Origin: the human T2T-CHM13v2.0 reference genome, Homo sapiens
Length of the DNA stretch: 64,000 nucleotides
Reading direction: 5' to 3' (one strand)
NCBI RefSeq assembly: GCF_009914755.1
Contig: NC_060936.1
In this document: one piece after another, positions 45,180 through 64,000 of the stretch
Numbering within the stretch: the first letter of the stretch is position 1
How the letters are laid out: each line of letters starts with the position of its first letter
Made by a program: the position numbers and the translations under genes
The notes under the pieces: model-generated
The model's database searches: none
The model's input: only the letters and a program-made list of their open reading frames with translations
Told to the model about the DNA's origin: nothing

Positions 45180-45780
45180 AAAAGAGGACTCTGTGGGAGT
45201 GCATTGGAATTAGAGGTATCAGTATGAATTCATGATTTCTAATACAATAGGAATCCTTTTGCCATGAAAGACAAAGACAGGCTGAAGAGCTATACTATAT
45301 TTAAGGAGACTAAAGTAGCATGACGACTAAATGCAATATGTGATCTTGAAGTGGATCTGTACTGAAGAAAAGATATGCTACAAATGACATTACTGTGTAA
45401 TTTGACAAATCTGGAATACAGACGATATGTCAAAGTACTGCATCATTGTTAAATCTCCTGAAGTTGCTAACCCCACTGTGATTATGTAGTGGAATCTTGT
45501 TTTTAGGAAATACACTTTCAATTATTTAGAGATAATGGGGCATGACATGCTACTTACTCTCAAGGGGTTCAGAAAAATAATTTGTATATATTACATATCT
45601 ATGCGTGTGCATGTGTGTTTATGCACACACTACTCACTGTAAATGCACATGATAAAGTAAATAGGGCAAAAGGTTAACAATTGTGGATCTGCATAAAGGG
45701 TGTACAGAGTTTCTTTATGGTCTTCTTGCAACTCTTCCTTAAGCATGAAATCCTTCCAAATCAAAGATTTCTAAAAGGTT
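45180..45780 (+). mobile_element. L1ME-like 3' end
   Basis: ggagactaaagtagcatgacgactaaatgcaatatgtgatc; aggaaatacact. Confidence 0.6.
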
Positions 45781-46329
45781 GGTGTTAGGCATGCACAAAA
45801 CATTAAGGGTAATAGAGTAGACTTTTGAAAGCAGGGGGTAATGATAACATCAAATATTTTGAAGGACTGTCATGTGGAAGGAGGATTAAGACTTATAGTT
45901 TGGCTAATCTTATTTGGTGTCATTCTGCTTTGTGTAATATCATTACAGCATATCCAAGTGCTCATGGCTGAAATGAGATACAGGAGTTTTTAAGTTTTAT
46001 GGAGTCTTCAGTATAATTCAGTACAGAGAGGTGCAAAATCACGTGATTCTGAGGGTTCGTTGGGTAGCATACATGAATGAAGGGGACTGGGTGCAGAAAG
46101 TGGAAAACAGTGGGAACTTGAGAGCAATGTCTTTTCCAAAGGCTTTCAAATGCAACTAAAGACAAACCCAAAATACTGTGCAGTAATCCCGGGCTGTGTC
46201 CAGCCTGTGAGTGGCCAGCTGGGACCCACAATCTTATCTAATCTTTTTTGTCAGGTGAGGAAACAGGTACCAAACATCATAAAACAGTGTAAGTGAATGA
46301 AAGGTGTAAATGGGTGCACATGTATTTTT

Positions 46330-51197
<4,868 letters not shown>

Positions 51198-51538
51198 TCA
51201 TACAAATGGCATCATCACAGCAAAGGAATGGTGTAGTCCTTGAATGGCAGCATAGGGCCCCTGCTGAAAATAGTGATGGTATCGCGACATGTGGAATGAA
51301 GGGAATGTGGGGCCACTCCCTTGCATGGAGCTGGCAATGGCCGATGGGGTCAAAGGCATTCCCAGTCGGCTATATGGCGGCAGAGAACCCTGGATGGGGT
51401 GAGGAATGGGTGTTGCTATGGATGCTGTGCTGGTGCCAAGAGCAGTCAGGGACTGTGGGTGCTGAAACCCAGGAAAACTGGAAGAAGATGATACCCAGGA
51501 GCTGAGAGACAAATTATCAGATGTTGTAAAGGCTGACC
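51198..51538 (-). pseudogene. TBX20: Duplicated TBX20 last coding exon (unprocessed pseudogene fragment)
   Basis: ttacag|GG TCA GCC...; GSAFTTSDNLSLSSWVSSSSSFPGFQHPQ...FHMSRY...GLHHSFAVMMPFV* versus recalled TBX20 FHMPRY...GLRHSSAVMTPFV* (4 substitutions); it sits next to an intact DPY19L2. Confidence 0.88.
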
Positions 51539-52030
51539 CTGTAAGGAAAAACACTCATTAGACTGGAAACACTGTGTCAATGTACAGATCAAGAATTAAA
51601 TTATCTGTAAAGATCAATTTGTGTTTAAGAATATTTAATACATCTGTAATTTAGAAAGACAAACACACATGAGATCTGTCACGAGGCAAATCTACTTTTC
51701 TAGGTAAGAAAATGATATTTACACCTTGCACGGAATAGAGAATTTACTAAATGGAAAAAGACAACTCATTGGATAGCCTGCACACTCCCACAGACTGACC
51801 AAAACATTAATACACTGCCTGCAGGTAATGACCTGATTCTCTTAAAAAAAGCTGCAAATACCTGATATCTGTTCTGACCTCTGTAGTGTCATAAGGAAGG
51901 CTGAATGTATTAAATCTCTACCAAGCTGTCTGGTTTCCAAAACTGTTGTGAGAACCTAAGAAAGTAAGTTTTCCTACCACAGCATCCAGAAATTTAGAAT
52001 ATAGTTGACACTGAATTTTCTGACTGTATA

Positions 52031-52514
52031 CAGTTGTCCCTTGAACAACAGGGGTTAGAACTGCACAGATCCACTTACATGCAGATATTTTTCACTACAA
52101 TTTACACTGAGTGTGCCTGACCCCTCTTGCCTCACTTTCACCTCCTCCACCTCTTCAGCCTCTACAACCTCCGAGACAGCAAGACCAACCCCTCCTCTTC
52201 CTCCTCTGCCAACTCAGTGTGAAGATGAGGATGAAGACCTTTATGATGATCCACTTCCACTTAAGGAATAGTAAATATATCTCCTTTCTATGATTTTCTT
52301 AATAACTTTTTCTCTAGCTTGATTTATTAGAATACAGAATGTAATACATGTAACATACAGAATATGTGTGAATTGACTGTTTATGTTACAGGTAAGGCTT
52401 CTGATCAACAGCAGGCTATTAGCAGTTAAGTTTTAGGAAGTGAAAAGTTATATGCATGTTTTGGACCACGCAGGAGTTGGTTCCCCAACCACTGTGTTCT
52501 TCAAGAGTCAACTG
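52031..52514 (+). mobile_element. Tigger2a-like DNA transposon
   Basis: TIRs CAGTTGTCCCTTGAACAAC / GTTCTTCAAGAGTCAACTG; TA duplications at 52029-52030 and 52515-52516. Confidence 0.9.
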
Positions 52515-52552
52515 TAATACTAGTGGTTCACTTGGACTGAGTAATAAGAAAT

Positions 52553-54269
52553 CCCTCTCCCTCTCCCTCTCCCCCCCCCTCCCTCTCCCCCTCCCCCTCC
52601 CTCTCCCTCTCCCTTTCTCTCTCCCCACGGTCTCCCTCTCCCTCTCTTTCCACGGTCTCCCTCTGATGCCGAGCGGAAGCTGGACTGTGCTGCCGCCATC
52701 TCGGCTCACTGCAACCTCCCTGCCTGATTCTCCTGCCTCAGCCTGCCGAGTGCCTGCGATTGCAGGCGCGCGCCGCCACGCCTGACTGGTTTTCCTATTT
52801 TTTTGGTGGAGACGGGGTTTCACTGAGTTGGCCAGGCTGGTCTCCAGCTCCTGACCATGAGTGATCCGCCAGCCTCAGCCTCCCGAGGTGCCGGGATTGC
52901 AGACGGAGTCTCGTTCACTCAGTGCTCAGTGGTGCCCAGGCTGGAGTGCAGTGGCGTGATCTTGGCTCGCTACAACCTCCACCTCCCAGCCGCCTGCCTT
53001 GGCCTCCCAAAGTGCCGAGACTGCAGCCTCTGCCTGGCCGCCACCCCGTCTGGGAAGTGAGGAGCGTCTCTGCCTGGCCGCCCATCATCTGGGATGTGAG
53101 GAGCCCCTCTGCCTGGCTGCCCACTCTGGAAAGTGAGGAGCGTCTCTGCCCGGCCGCCATCCCATCTAGGAAGTGAGGAGCGTCTCTGCCTGCCCGCCCA
53201 TCGTCTGAGATGTGGGGAGCGCCTCTGCCCCAATGCCCTGTCTGGGATGTGAGGAGCACCTCTGCCCGGCCGCGACCCCGTCTGGGAGGTGAGAAGCGTC
53301 TCTGCCCGGCCGCCCCATCTGAGAAGTGAGGAGCCCCTCCGCCCGGCAGCCACCCCGTCTGAGAAGTGAGGAGCCCCTCCGCCGGGCAGCCACCCCGTCT
53401 GGGAAGTGAGGAGCGTCTCCGCCCGGCAGCCACCCCATCCGGGAGGGAGGTGGGGGTCAGCCCCCGCCCGGCCAGCCGCTCCGTCCAGGAGGGAGGTGGG
53501 GGGGGTCAGCCCCCCGCCCAGCCAGCCGCCCCGTCCAGGAGGGAGGTGGGGGGGTCAGCCCCCCGCCCGGCCAGCCGCCCCGTCCGGGAGGTGAGGGGCG
53601 CTTCTGTCCAGCCGCCCCTACTGGGAAGTGAGGAGCCCCTCTGCCCGGCCACCACCCCGTCTGGGAGGTGTACCCAATGGCTCATTGAGAACGGGCCATG
53701 ATGACAATGGTGGTTTTGTGGAATAGAGGAGGGGGAAAGGTGGGGAAAAGATTGAGAAATCGGATGGTTGCTGTGTCTGTGTAGAAAGAAGTAGACATGG
53801 GAGACTTTTCACTTTGTTCTGTACTAAGAAAAATTCCGCCTTGGGATCCTGTTGATCTATGACCTTACCCCCAACCCTGTGCTCTCTGAAACATGTGCTG
53901 TGTCCACTGAGGGTTAAATGGATTAAGGGTGGTGCAAGATGTGCTTTATTAAATAGATGCTTGAAGGCAGCATGCTCGTTAAGAGTCATCACCACTCCCT
54001 AATCTCAAGTACCCAGGGTCACAAACACTGCGGAGGGCCGCAGGGTCCTCTGCCTAGGAAAACCAGAGACCTTTGTTCACTTGTTTATCTGCTGACCTTC
54101 CCTTCACTATTGTCCTATGACCCTGCCAAATCCCCCTCTGTGAGAAACACCCAAGAATGATCAATAAAAAAATAAATAAATAAAAGAACTACTCATGTAA
54201 CCAAATACCACCTGTACCCCCAATAATTTATGGAAAAATAATAATTAAAAAGTAAAAAAATTAAAAAAA
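52553..54269 (+). mobile_element. Full-length SVA (C/D-like) with 3' transduction
   Basis: (CCCTCT)n, antisense Alu-like domain, GC-rich VNTR at about 53030-53670, SINE-R, AATAAA/A-tail at about 54163-54185, extra segment and second tail; TSD AAGAAAT (52546-52552 / 54270-54276). Confidence 0.96.
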
Positions 54270-54963
54270 AAGAAATGTCCTATGTTTTCACAGATTATAT
54301 AATTTCATATTAAGGACATAAAACAATGCAGAGGACTCTCTCCCCATACGAACTTTACTGTTCCCAGAATGGAGCCCCTCTGGGCTCTTTTCTCTGGACT
54401 CTCTTCCCAGATGCAGAGTGCTGCTCTCTAAGCCTTGGGAACAGAGAAACTTTGTTCAGTTCCTGCTGTCAACATTGGGGCCACTTCCTCTGTGTAATAT
54501 CCTTCATTAGGACAATCCTCTTTTAAAAGTGTTTTCTATTTTGGTCTTTGATTCTAACAAATTATACCTGACATAGATGGAACAGATATATTCCCTGACT
54601 TTCAGATTATGAAACTGAGGTTCAGAAGGACTTGGTGACTGCCCCCAAAGTTCAACAGCTCTTATGTACTAAATCATGGACAAGTAACTCCTGATCCCTG
54701 CCTCAAAGGCTCAGTATTCTTTCACTTAAAAAAAAAAACAAACCATAGGAAACCTGCAGGCAGCAGCATCGCCTATGATTCAAAGGCAAAATAATGAAAT
54801 CTGTGAGGATCAGTGTCGGGGCTCTCCCTTCCCAGGGAGGCTCCTGAAATCCTTTCCCGGCATCATGTACTCTGAGGACTGGCCATCTCATCAACGACCT
54901 GCCCCCATTCTCCTTTAGGTGCTCTGCCTCCCAGCAATTCCATGGCCTTGGAAGCTACCTTAC

Positions 54964-55076
54964 CTCGATTTGGGGTTGTCTGACTCTCATCCCCCAAGAC
55001 ATCTTCTTCTCCTCCATAGGTACGGATGGGTGAAGGTGCATTGGAATGCTTTTGAATCAGGCTCTCCACACTTTCC
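54964..55076 (-). pseudogene. TBX20: Duplicated TBX20 penultimate exon (unprocessed pseudogene fragment)
   Basis: ctag|GG...CGAG|gtaag, 113 nt; ESVESLIQKHSNAPSPIRTYGGEEDVLGDESQTTPNR versus recalled TBX20 ...KHSYARSP... (2 substitutions). Confidence 0.88.
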
Positions 55077-56756
55077 CTAGGTTAGAGTGACATATCACAG
55101 GTTAACTAAAATGTAAAGGACTCAGAGATAGAGAGAGGTCTTAGAGGTAACTCACTAATCAGTAAAACCATTTTCTCAGCCAAAAAGCAACCACTGCACA
55201 GAAAGATGAAATTCAAAACATGTACATTTATTCTGTTGTACAGTGACTCCTCAGAGACATGACCTCAGGTGTATGACTGCAAGCAAACATCACTGACTAG
55301 GACAAGGACAATCCCCTGAAATACTTTAAAATGAAGGACAAAGGGGTGAACAGGAGCTATGAAACCTGACCACAGGAATATGGAATTCCATGATGTGAAA
55401 AATAATGAGTGAATGAATTTACTGCAAGGAGCTGCAATGACTCTTCTTACTGACTTCATCAGCTAACAAATACAAAACAAATACTCAGTTGATACAAATT
55501 GCACTGATCCAACAACCGATGAAATGTTGGCAAAAAGTTCAAATTATCTTTAGTCAGCGAAAGACTCTAATATTTACCAAGAAATCAAACAAATTCATAG
55601 ATTATAGTACAATATAGATAGTTTGGGTAATGAACACTAAGATCCTTGTTGCTGTAAGACTGAAAATTACAAAAAACCCATGAAGAAAACACAAATGACC
55701 AATAAGGAGTTTTAGCCTCTAGGTAAATTGGTATATTGTCTTGTAGATGGTCTTCCTCCTGTAACATAGTCTATCAACCAAACAGTGAGGTTAACTTTAA
55801 AAAATAAAAAAAATATTTTGGCATTGGACAATTTGACCTTCTGCTTTAAAAAAAAAAAAAAAAAAAGCCAGTACAATTTTAGCCAATTTGTTTGCCAAAA
55901 GTGCATACTGATAACAGATTAGTCTGCATGGTACACATTTCTGGAACAGCTGTGGCCCAAAGACCAATGCCAAATTGACCAGCAAAGGACAAAAGAAGAC
56001 TTATAAAATATGTGTTAAATGAGGAAGGACAAACAAAACACCACATTTCATATTGAGGGAATAAGCAAAGCAAATAAAATGTCATAATAACTTTTTAAAA
56101 TGTCAACACTTGTCAACATTTCACGTAAATATGCAAACTTTACCTGTGAAAAATTACTACCTAATTCATAGTAAATTTGGTGTTGTAGAAAGCTTATATA
56201 CCCACATAGATGAAGGTATTTTATAATATATAGTATGACTATGACTATGAGGACTTAAGGATATGCGTAAAAGGAAAATTAACTCCGCAACTATTTAAGT
56301 TACATCTCTATTCTCAAATTGTTTTAGAGTAAGAATAAAGTACCACCTCTTATAGTCAAAATAATTAGGATGCAGATCCACTGCAAAAAGGTGTCAAAAA
56401 GAATGATGTCATTCCGTATGTATAGATATGGAATAATTTTCAAGATATAGTAAGTGAAAAAAGTAAAATACAGAATGTTATGTAAAGTATGCTACCATTT
56501 GTGAAGTTAGAACACAGGATATGTATGTTCATATATGCCTGCATATGCACAGGATTTCTAGAATGTTCCAGTTTCCAGAACAAGAAACTGCCTAGAAGAG
56601 GGTGAAATCAGGGACTTGAAGGATTGGAGTAGTGATTCTCACATTTGTGTGTATGTTTGAGTCAACTAGGGATCTTGAAACAAACGAACAAAAAAACAAT
56701 ATTGAGATATGATTAAAATACAAAAAGTGGCACATATTTAAAGTGTATGGGGCCAG

Positions 56757-57049
56757 AGCCGGGCCAGTGGCTCACGCCTGTAATCCCAGCACTTAGGGAG
56801 GCCCAGGTGGGTGGATCACCCAAGGTCAGGAGTTCAAGACCAGCCTGGCCAACATGGCAAAACCCTGTCTCTATTAAAAATACAAAAATCAGCCGGGCAT
56901 GTTGGTGGGCACCTATAAACCCAGCTACTCAGGAAGCTGAGGCAGGAGAATTGCTTGAACCTGAAGGCAGAGGTTGCAGTGAGCCAAGATCGTGCCACTT
57001 CACTCCAGCCTAGACAAAAGGGTGAAACTCCATCTTAAAAAAATAAAAA
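56757..57049 (+). mobile_element. AluSx/Sq
   Basis: Full dimer; TSD TAAAGTGTAT (56739-56748 / 57050-57059). Confidence 0.92.
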
Positions 57050-58912
57050 TAAAGTGTATAGTTTGATCAGTTTGGGCATATGTACGCACCAGTAACACCA
57101 TTGCCACAAGCACAATAACAAAAATACCTAACACCTACAAAAGCTAGCTTCCTCAAGCTCCTATGCTCCATGGTCCCCATCGCAACAAACCTTTCCAAGG
57201 AAACCACTAATATAATTTCTGTTCTTGCAGATTAGTCCGCATTTTCTAAACTTTTACAAAGATGAAATCTTACCTAATATATTCTTTTTTATCTGGCTTC
57301 TTTCACTCAGCGTATTTTAAGATTTATCATGTTGGGGCATACATTAATATTTCTTGCTCTGAGTATCATTATATTGCATGGATATATTATGGTTTATTCA
57401 CTTATTGATGGATATTTGACTTGTTTCCAGTTTTTGAATGTTAAAATGAAGCTGCTACACATATTCATGCATACTTTTTAACAAATGGACATATAATTTT
57501 ATTTATCTTGGAAAGACATCTAAGGATGAAATGACTAAATTGCATATATGTGCAATTTTTAAAGAAACTGCCAAACTATTTGTCAAAGTAGTCATACAAT
57601 TTAGCATTCCCACCATCAGTGTATGAGAATTCCAGGTCCTCTGTACTCTCACTGACGCCTGATATGGTCAACGTTTAATTTTAGCTATTGTAATATGCAC
57701 GTGCTGGTATTCCATCATACTTTTAATTGTGTTCCCCTAATGACTACAATGTTGAACATCTTTTTCTGTGCTTATTTGCTTCCATATTTCTAGCTGTTAA
57801 TATCTGTTTATTTAAAAAATTAGGTTATTTGTTTTCTGAGTTTTGAGATTTCTTTTTATATTCTGGGCACTGGTGTTTATAGAATATATGATTTGCAAAT
57901 ATTTTCTTCTAGGCTGTGGCTTGTGTTTTCTCTCTCCTAAACAGTTTCTTTTTAAAAGCAGAGTTTTTAATTTTGATGAAGTGCAATTTATCCATTTGTA
58001 ATTCTATGGATCATGCTTTTGGTGCCATATTTTAAGATCTTTGCCTAGCCCAAGACCACAAAAGTTTTCTCCTAGTTTTTTTCTGAAAGTGTTATAGTGT
58101 GAGGTTTTATGTTTGTGTCTATGATTCATCTTGAGTTAATTTTATATATGAATGAGTTATGAATTGTTTATTTTTGTGCTTATGAATATCCCATTATTTC
58201 AACATTACTTGTTGAGAAGACTGTCCCTTCTCCATCACATACATGTGGGTCTACTCTTGGACTCTTTATTCTATTGATGTGTTTGTGGAACTTGACACCA
58301 AAACTATACTGTCTTGATTACTGTAGCTGAATAAAATTATTAGAACTTTTGACATTAGGTAGTATTAGTACTCTATCTTTTTTTCAAAGTTGTTTTGGCT
58401 ATTCTAGTTCTTTGCATTTCCATATGAAATTTAATATTACTTTGTCAATCTCTACAAAAAAAGACTCCTGTGATTTTGGTCAGGATTATTTTAGATCTAC
58501 ATATCAATTTGTGCATAACTGACATCTTAATATTGCATCCTTCAAATCATGAACCAGTATATCCTTCCGTTTCATTAGGTCTTCTTTAATTTCTCTCAGC
58601 AATGTTTTTGTAGTTTTAAGTATATATGTCTTGCATATCCTTTCCAGATTTATCCCTACTTTGTATTATAGTAAATATTGCTTTTTAACTTCAATTTCTG
58701 ATATTCATTTATAATAGATAGAAATACAATTTATTTTGTATATTGATCTTGTATTCTGTGAACTTGCCAAACACATTTGTTCTAGTGGGTTTTGGAGATT
58801 TGGGTTTTCTGTATAGATAATCACGATGCCTGTACACAAAGATAGTTTTACTTCTGTCTTTTCAATCACAATGACTTTGATTTTTCCTGACTTATTGCAA
58901 TGGCTAAAACTA

Positions 58913-59276
<364 letters not shown>

Positions 59277-60548
59277 TTACAGAAAGCATTCAATTTTTCA
59301 CCATTAGGTATAATATTCATTCTAGGTTTTTTGTACATACAATTTACCAGACTAAAGGTTCTCTTCTATTCCTAGTTTGCTGAGAGTTTTCAAGAATAGA
59401 GGTTGAATTTTGCTAAATGCTTTTTCTGTGTCTGTTGAGACAATCATATAGTTTTGTTTTTAGTTTGTCAGTACAATCATTACATCCATTGAATTTCAAA
59501 TGTGAAATCGACCTTGCAGTCCTGAACTAGGCCCTAGTTATTTATGACATATTATCGTTTTTTTAATTCAATTTCCTAAAATTCTGTTTAGAATTTTTCC
59601 ATGTATATTCATGAAGAATATTGGTCTTTCTCTAGTTTTAGTATCAAGATAAGGCTAGTCTCATAGAATTAGTTAAAACTCTTCCCTCCTCTTCAATTTT
59701 CTAGAAGATTTCAGGTAGAATTGTCATTATTTCTTCCTTAAATGTTTGGTATCATTCACCAGTGAAACCATCTGGACCTAGAGTTTTCTTTGTAAAAGTT
59801 TTTTAACTACAAATTCAAAACTATCAGAGTATCTGTTTTCTCTTGAATGAGCTTTGGTAGATTCTGTCTACGAGAAATTTGTCCATTTTGTTTAAATTGT
59901 TAAATTTTAATTGTAAGTGTTCATAATATTCCTTTATTATCTTTCCTTTCAATACCTGTAGAACCTGTAGTGATATTATTCCTTTCATTCTTGATTACGG
60001 TAATTTATATTTTCTTCCCTTATTTTCTTGCTCAGTTTGGCCAGCAGATGGTCAATTTTATTAATCTCTACTTTTTGTTTCATCGATTTTTCTCTACTTC
60101 TTCCCTGTTTTCTATTCCATCAATTTCTACTCTGATATTTATTATTTTCTTTCTTCTACTTGCTTTGGGTCTCATTCACTCTTGTCCTAGTTTCTTGAGA
60201 TTGAAGATGAGGTTATTGATTTGGGACCTTTCATTTCTAAAGCAGAGATGTAGCACTATAAATTTTCTGGAAGTAATGTTTTAGCAGAATCCTGCAAGTT
60301 TTTATATGCTGTATTTTCATTTTTATTCAGTTCAAAATATTTTCTAATTTCCCTCTTGATGTCTTCCTTCCCCCAAGGGTTGTTTAGACATGTGTTATTT
60401 GACTTTCAAATATTTGGGGACTTTAGAGATATCTTCTTGTTATTTTCTCTAATATAATTCCATTACGGTCAGAGAGCACACTTTGTATGACTTGAATGCC
60501 CTTAAATTTATTGAGACTTCTTTTGCGTAGAGTGTAAGATCTTTATAA

Positions 60549-60907
<359 letters not shown>

Positions 60908-62034
60908 TAATTTTAGATAATATTTTCTAAACATCAATTGGGTCAAGTTAGTTGATACTGTTGTTCAAATTTTCTGGGTCTTTACTCATTTTCTGTCTAC
61001 TTGCTCTATCAATTACTAAGAAAGGGATATTAAAATTTCCAACCATGATTGTATATTTGTCTGTTTTTTTTATACTTCTGTCAGACATAAAGATGTAGGA
61101 CTGTATATTACCCTTGAAGAATGGAGCCCTTTAATGGTATGAAATTATCTACTTTATCCCTAGTAAAATTCTTTTCTCTGAAATCTACTTTGATATTAAT
61201 ACAACTCTTAAGTTTTTCAAAATTATTGTTAACATGCTACTTTTTTTCACTGCTTTACTTTCAACTTATGTCTTTACATAGAAAGCATATTTCTTGTAGG
61301 CAACATATAATCAGGTCTTACTTTTTAATTCAAACTGACAATCTCTGCTTTTTGAGATATGTAGTGCATTTATATTTAAGGTGATTATTGATATAGTTAA
61401 GTTGAAGTCTGGCTATTTGCTTTCTGTTTGTCCCATCTGTTCTTTTTTATCTCTTTCCTCTTTTTTGCTTTCTTTTGGGTTTTCTTTAAATGATTTCATT
61501 TCATGTTCTTTGTTGGTTTATTAGATATAACTTTCTTTTGTTATTTTAGTAAATGACTTAGGATTTATAGTAAATATCTTTAAGTTGTCACAATCTACCT
61601 TCAAGTGACACTAAATCTTTCAAGTTAGTATAAGACCCTCAAAATAATATATTTTCATTTCTCCCTTCCAGCCATTGTGCCATTCTGGTCAAACATTTTA
61701 TTTTTTATATAAACTCCATTCTAATTGTTATTATATTTGTTTAAAAGGTTAACTATCTTCTTAAAATATTTAAATAATAAAAAATTAATCTACTTATCCA
61801 TGTAGTTCTTATTCCTGTGCTCTTCATGCCTTTGTTTACATCCAGATTCACATCTGGTATAATTTTCTTTCTGGTTGAGGGACTTCCTTTAAAATATCTG
61901 TACTGCAGTTTACTGGTGGTGAATTCTTCGCCTTTTGTATGTCTGGAAAAGTCTTTATTTTGCTTTTGTTTTTTTGAAAGATATTTTTGCTGGGTAAAGA
62001 ATTCTAGTTAACAGACTTGATTTCTTTTTCAGTA

Positions 62035-62229
62035 CAGATGATCCCCAACTTGCAATGGTTCAACTTACAAATTTTCAGCTTTACAATGGTGCAAAAGCAG
62101 TAGGCATTCAATACAGTCCTCAGCTTACGATGATGTTATATCTGGACTTAGACACTTTTGACTTATGAAATTTTCAATTTATGATGGGTTTATCCAACCA
62201 TAACCCCATTGTTAGTCAAACAGCACCTA
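62035..62229. mobile_element. MER47/Tigger5-family MITE
   Basis: TA-CAGATGATCCCCAACTT...AGTCAAACAGCACCTA-TA; gatgggtttatc..cataaccccattgt. Confidence 0.75.
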
Positions 62230-63769
62230 TACTTTAAAGATGTTGCTTCACTGTCTCCTAATTTACTTTGTTTCTAATGAGAAATCTGTACTCATCCTTA
62301 TCTTTGTTCCTCTTATGTAATACGTCTATCATTCTCTGGCTGTTTTAATATTTTCTTTATATCACTAGTTTTGTGCAATTTGACTGTAACATAATTTGGT
62401 ATTATTTCTTCATGCTTTTTGAGCTTGGGTTTGTTGGGCTTCTTTGGATTGTGTTTACAATTGTCATTAAATTTGAAAAATTTTTAGATATTATTTCTTT
62501 GGGTATATTTTTTGTCCCACCTCCCAACCACCTTTAGGGCCTCCAATTACACAGATATTAGGCCACTTGAAATTTTCCCACAACTGACACTCTTTCAATT
62601 TTTAAAAATTTATCTTTGCTCCTTGTGTTTCATTTTGGGTAGTTTCTATCACTATGTCTTCAAGTTCACTAATCTTTTCATCTGCAGTGTCTATCTGCCA
62701 CTAATCCCATCCAGTATATTTTTCATTTTATACACTGCAGTTTTCATCTTTAGAATTGTGACTTTGATTTTTGGTAAATCTTCTACATCTCTCCTTAATT
62801 TCTGGAATGTATGGAATACAATCATAGTAAGTGTCTGAATGTCCTTGTTATTAATTAGAATATCTATGTGAGTTCTGACTTAGTTTCAACTGATTATCTC
62901 TTCACTATGGGTCATATTTTTCTGCATCTTTGCATTCCTGGTAATCTTTAATTAGATACTAGGCATTGTGAATTTTGTCAGGTGCTGAATATTTTTGTAT
63001 TCTATTTATAAGGACATAAATATAAGACATATCTTGAGGTTTCTTTTGGGATATAGTTAAGTTACCTGGAAATAATTTGATCCTTTGGGAGTTTGCTTTC
63101 AAGATATTTTAAGTAGGACTGGAACACTATTTAGTTGAGGGCTAATTCTTCCTCACTACTGAAGCAAAACCCTTCTGAATAGTCTACCAAATGCCTTCTA
63201 AATCACAAGGTTTTCCAGTCCAGCTGATTACGTCAGGCATTATCCCTGGGTGACCACGAGGTACTGTTTGTTTCCCCCTAATCTTTTCAGGTACTCTTCC
63301 CTGCAGCCTCTGGTAGTTTCATCGTATGGATTCCCTTAGCAAATCTCAGCTGAACACTCAAAAGGGATCCTCTATAAATCTTTGGAGTTCTTTAGGGATC
63401 CTCTGTAGATCTTTGAGTGCTTTTTCCATGCAGCTTTCACCTTTTCTATTGCCTGTCCTGTGAATTCTCACTGTTTTGGTCTCTGCAAACTCAGCTCTGA
63501 CCTCTCAACTCAGGGAGTCTGGTGGGCTCTGCCTGTATTCTCCCCCACTGCCATGGTCTATACCCCCTCAGGAAATAAGCTGCATCATCACAGGGCTCTC
63601 CTCATTTGTTTCCCATCCCTCAGAGATTATTGTCTTTTGTTGCCTGATATCCAGTGTCATAAAAAACATTGTTTTGCATATTTTGTATGTTTCTTAGTTG
63701 TTTCAGGAAATAGGGTATATTTGGCCCTTGTGGCTTTACCTTTACTAAAAGCAATGTCTCTCCAGGTGA

Positions 63770-63900
63770 ACTTCTAAAAATTCCAAAGCCAACACCACAG
63801 TCCCATACCAATTAAATCACAATCTTTGGGAGTGGGAGACAGGCTTCAGTAATTGTTAACATTCCCCCCTGGTGATTCCAATGAGCAGGCAAGTTTAGAA
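63770..63900. mobile_element. MER5A-like hAT fragment
   Basis: ccaattaaatcacaatctttgggagtggg...ggtgattccaatg. Confidence 0.6.
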
Positions 63901-64000
63901 ATGGAAGATAGGTGTGAGGATGGATACTTTTCACCATATACTCCTGTATAACTTTTGAATTTTGGATGTGTGTATTATTTATTTAAAATTAATTTCACAT

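Noticed and set aside
52419-54160. Repetitive ORFs and a spaced-repeat, CRISPR-like pattern
   Set aside because: These are the SVA hexamer, Alu-like domain and VNTR; there are no unique spacers or cas genes, and the context is eukaryotic
63363-63425. Short tandem duplications (also about 14643-14683 and 19221-19244)
   Set aside because: Local slippage inside old repeats with no functional context

Overview
Primate (almost certainly human) genomic DNA. It matches the 5' half of the functional DPY19L2 gene (chr12q14.2, globozoospermia gene) on the minus strand. Coding exons 1-6 are intact and in frame: 34841-34505, 32307-32283, 30294-30207, 27932-27795, 13789-13669 and 10922-10829. A CpG-island promoter lies at about 34.5-35.8 kb. 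Upstream on the same strand is a decayed duplicate of the last two TBX20 exons (55076-54964 and 51538-51198) with a long 3'UTR-like region; its intron carries an SVA with an apparent 3' transduction. Intron 4 holds an S100A11 processed pseudogene nested in an L1. The rest is mostly L1, Alu, L2, MIR, MaLR and DNA-transposon repeats. The main unexplained structure is a 266-bp inverted duplication (9040-9305 vs 14004-14269, 263/266 identical) that brackets DPY19L2 exons 5-6. Exon 5 also has a GC donor and a 5' end that regenerates a donor after splicing. Together these suggest a pre-mRNA stem that could drive exon skipping or circRNA formation. Gene identities, repeat subfamilies and comparisons to reference proteins are from recall, not from a database search.
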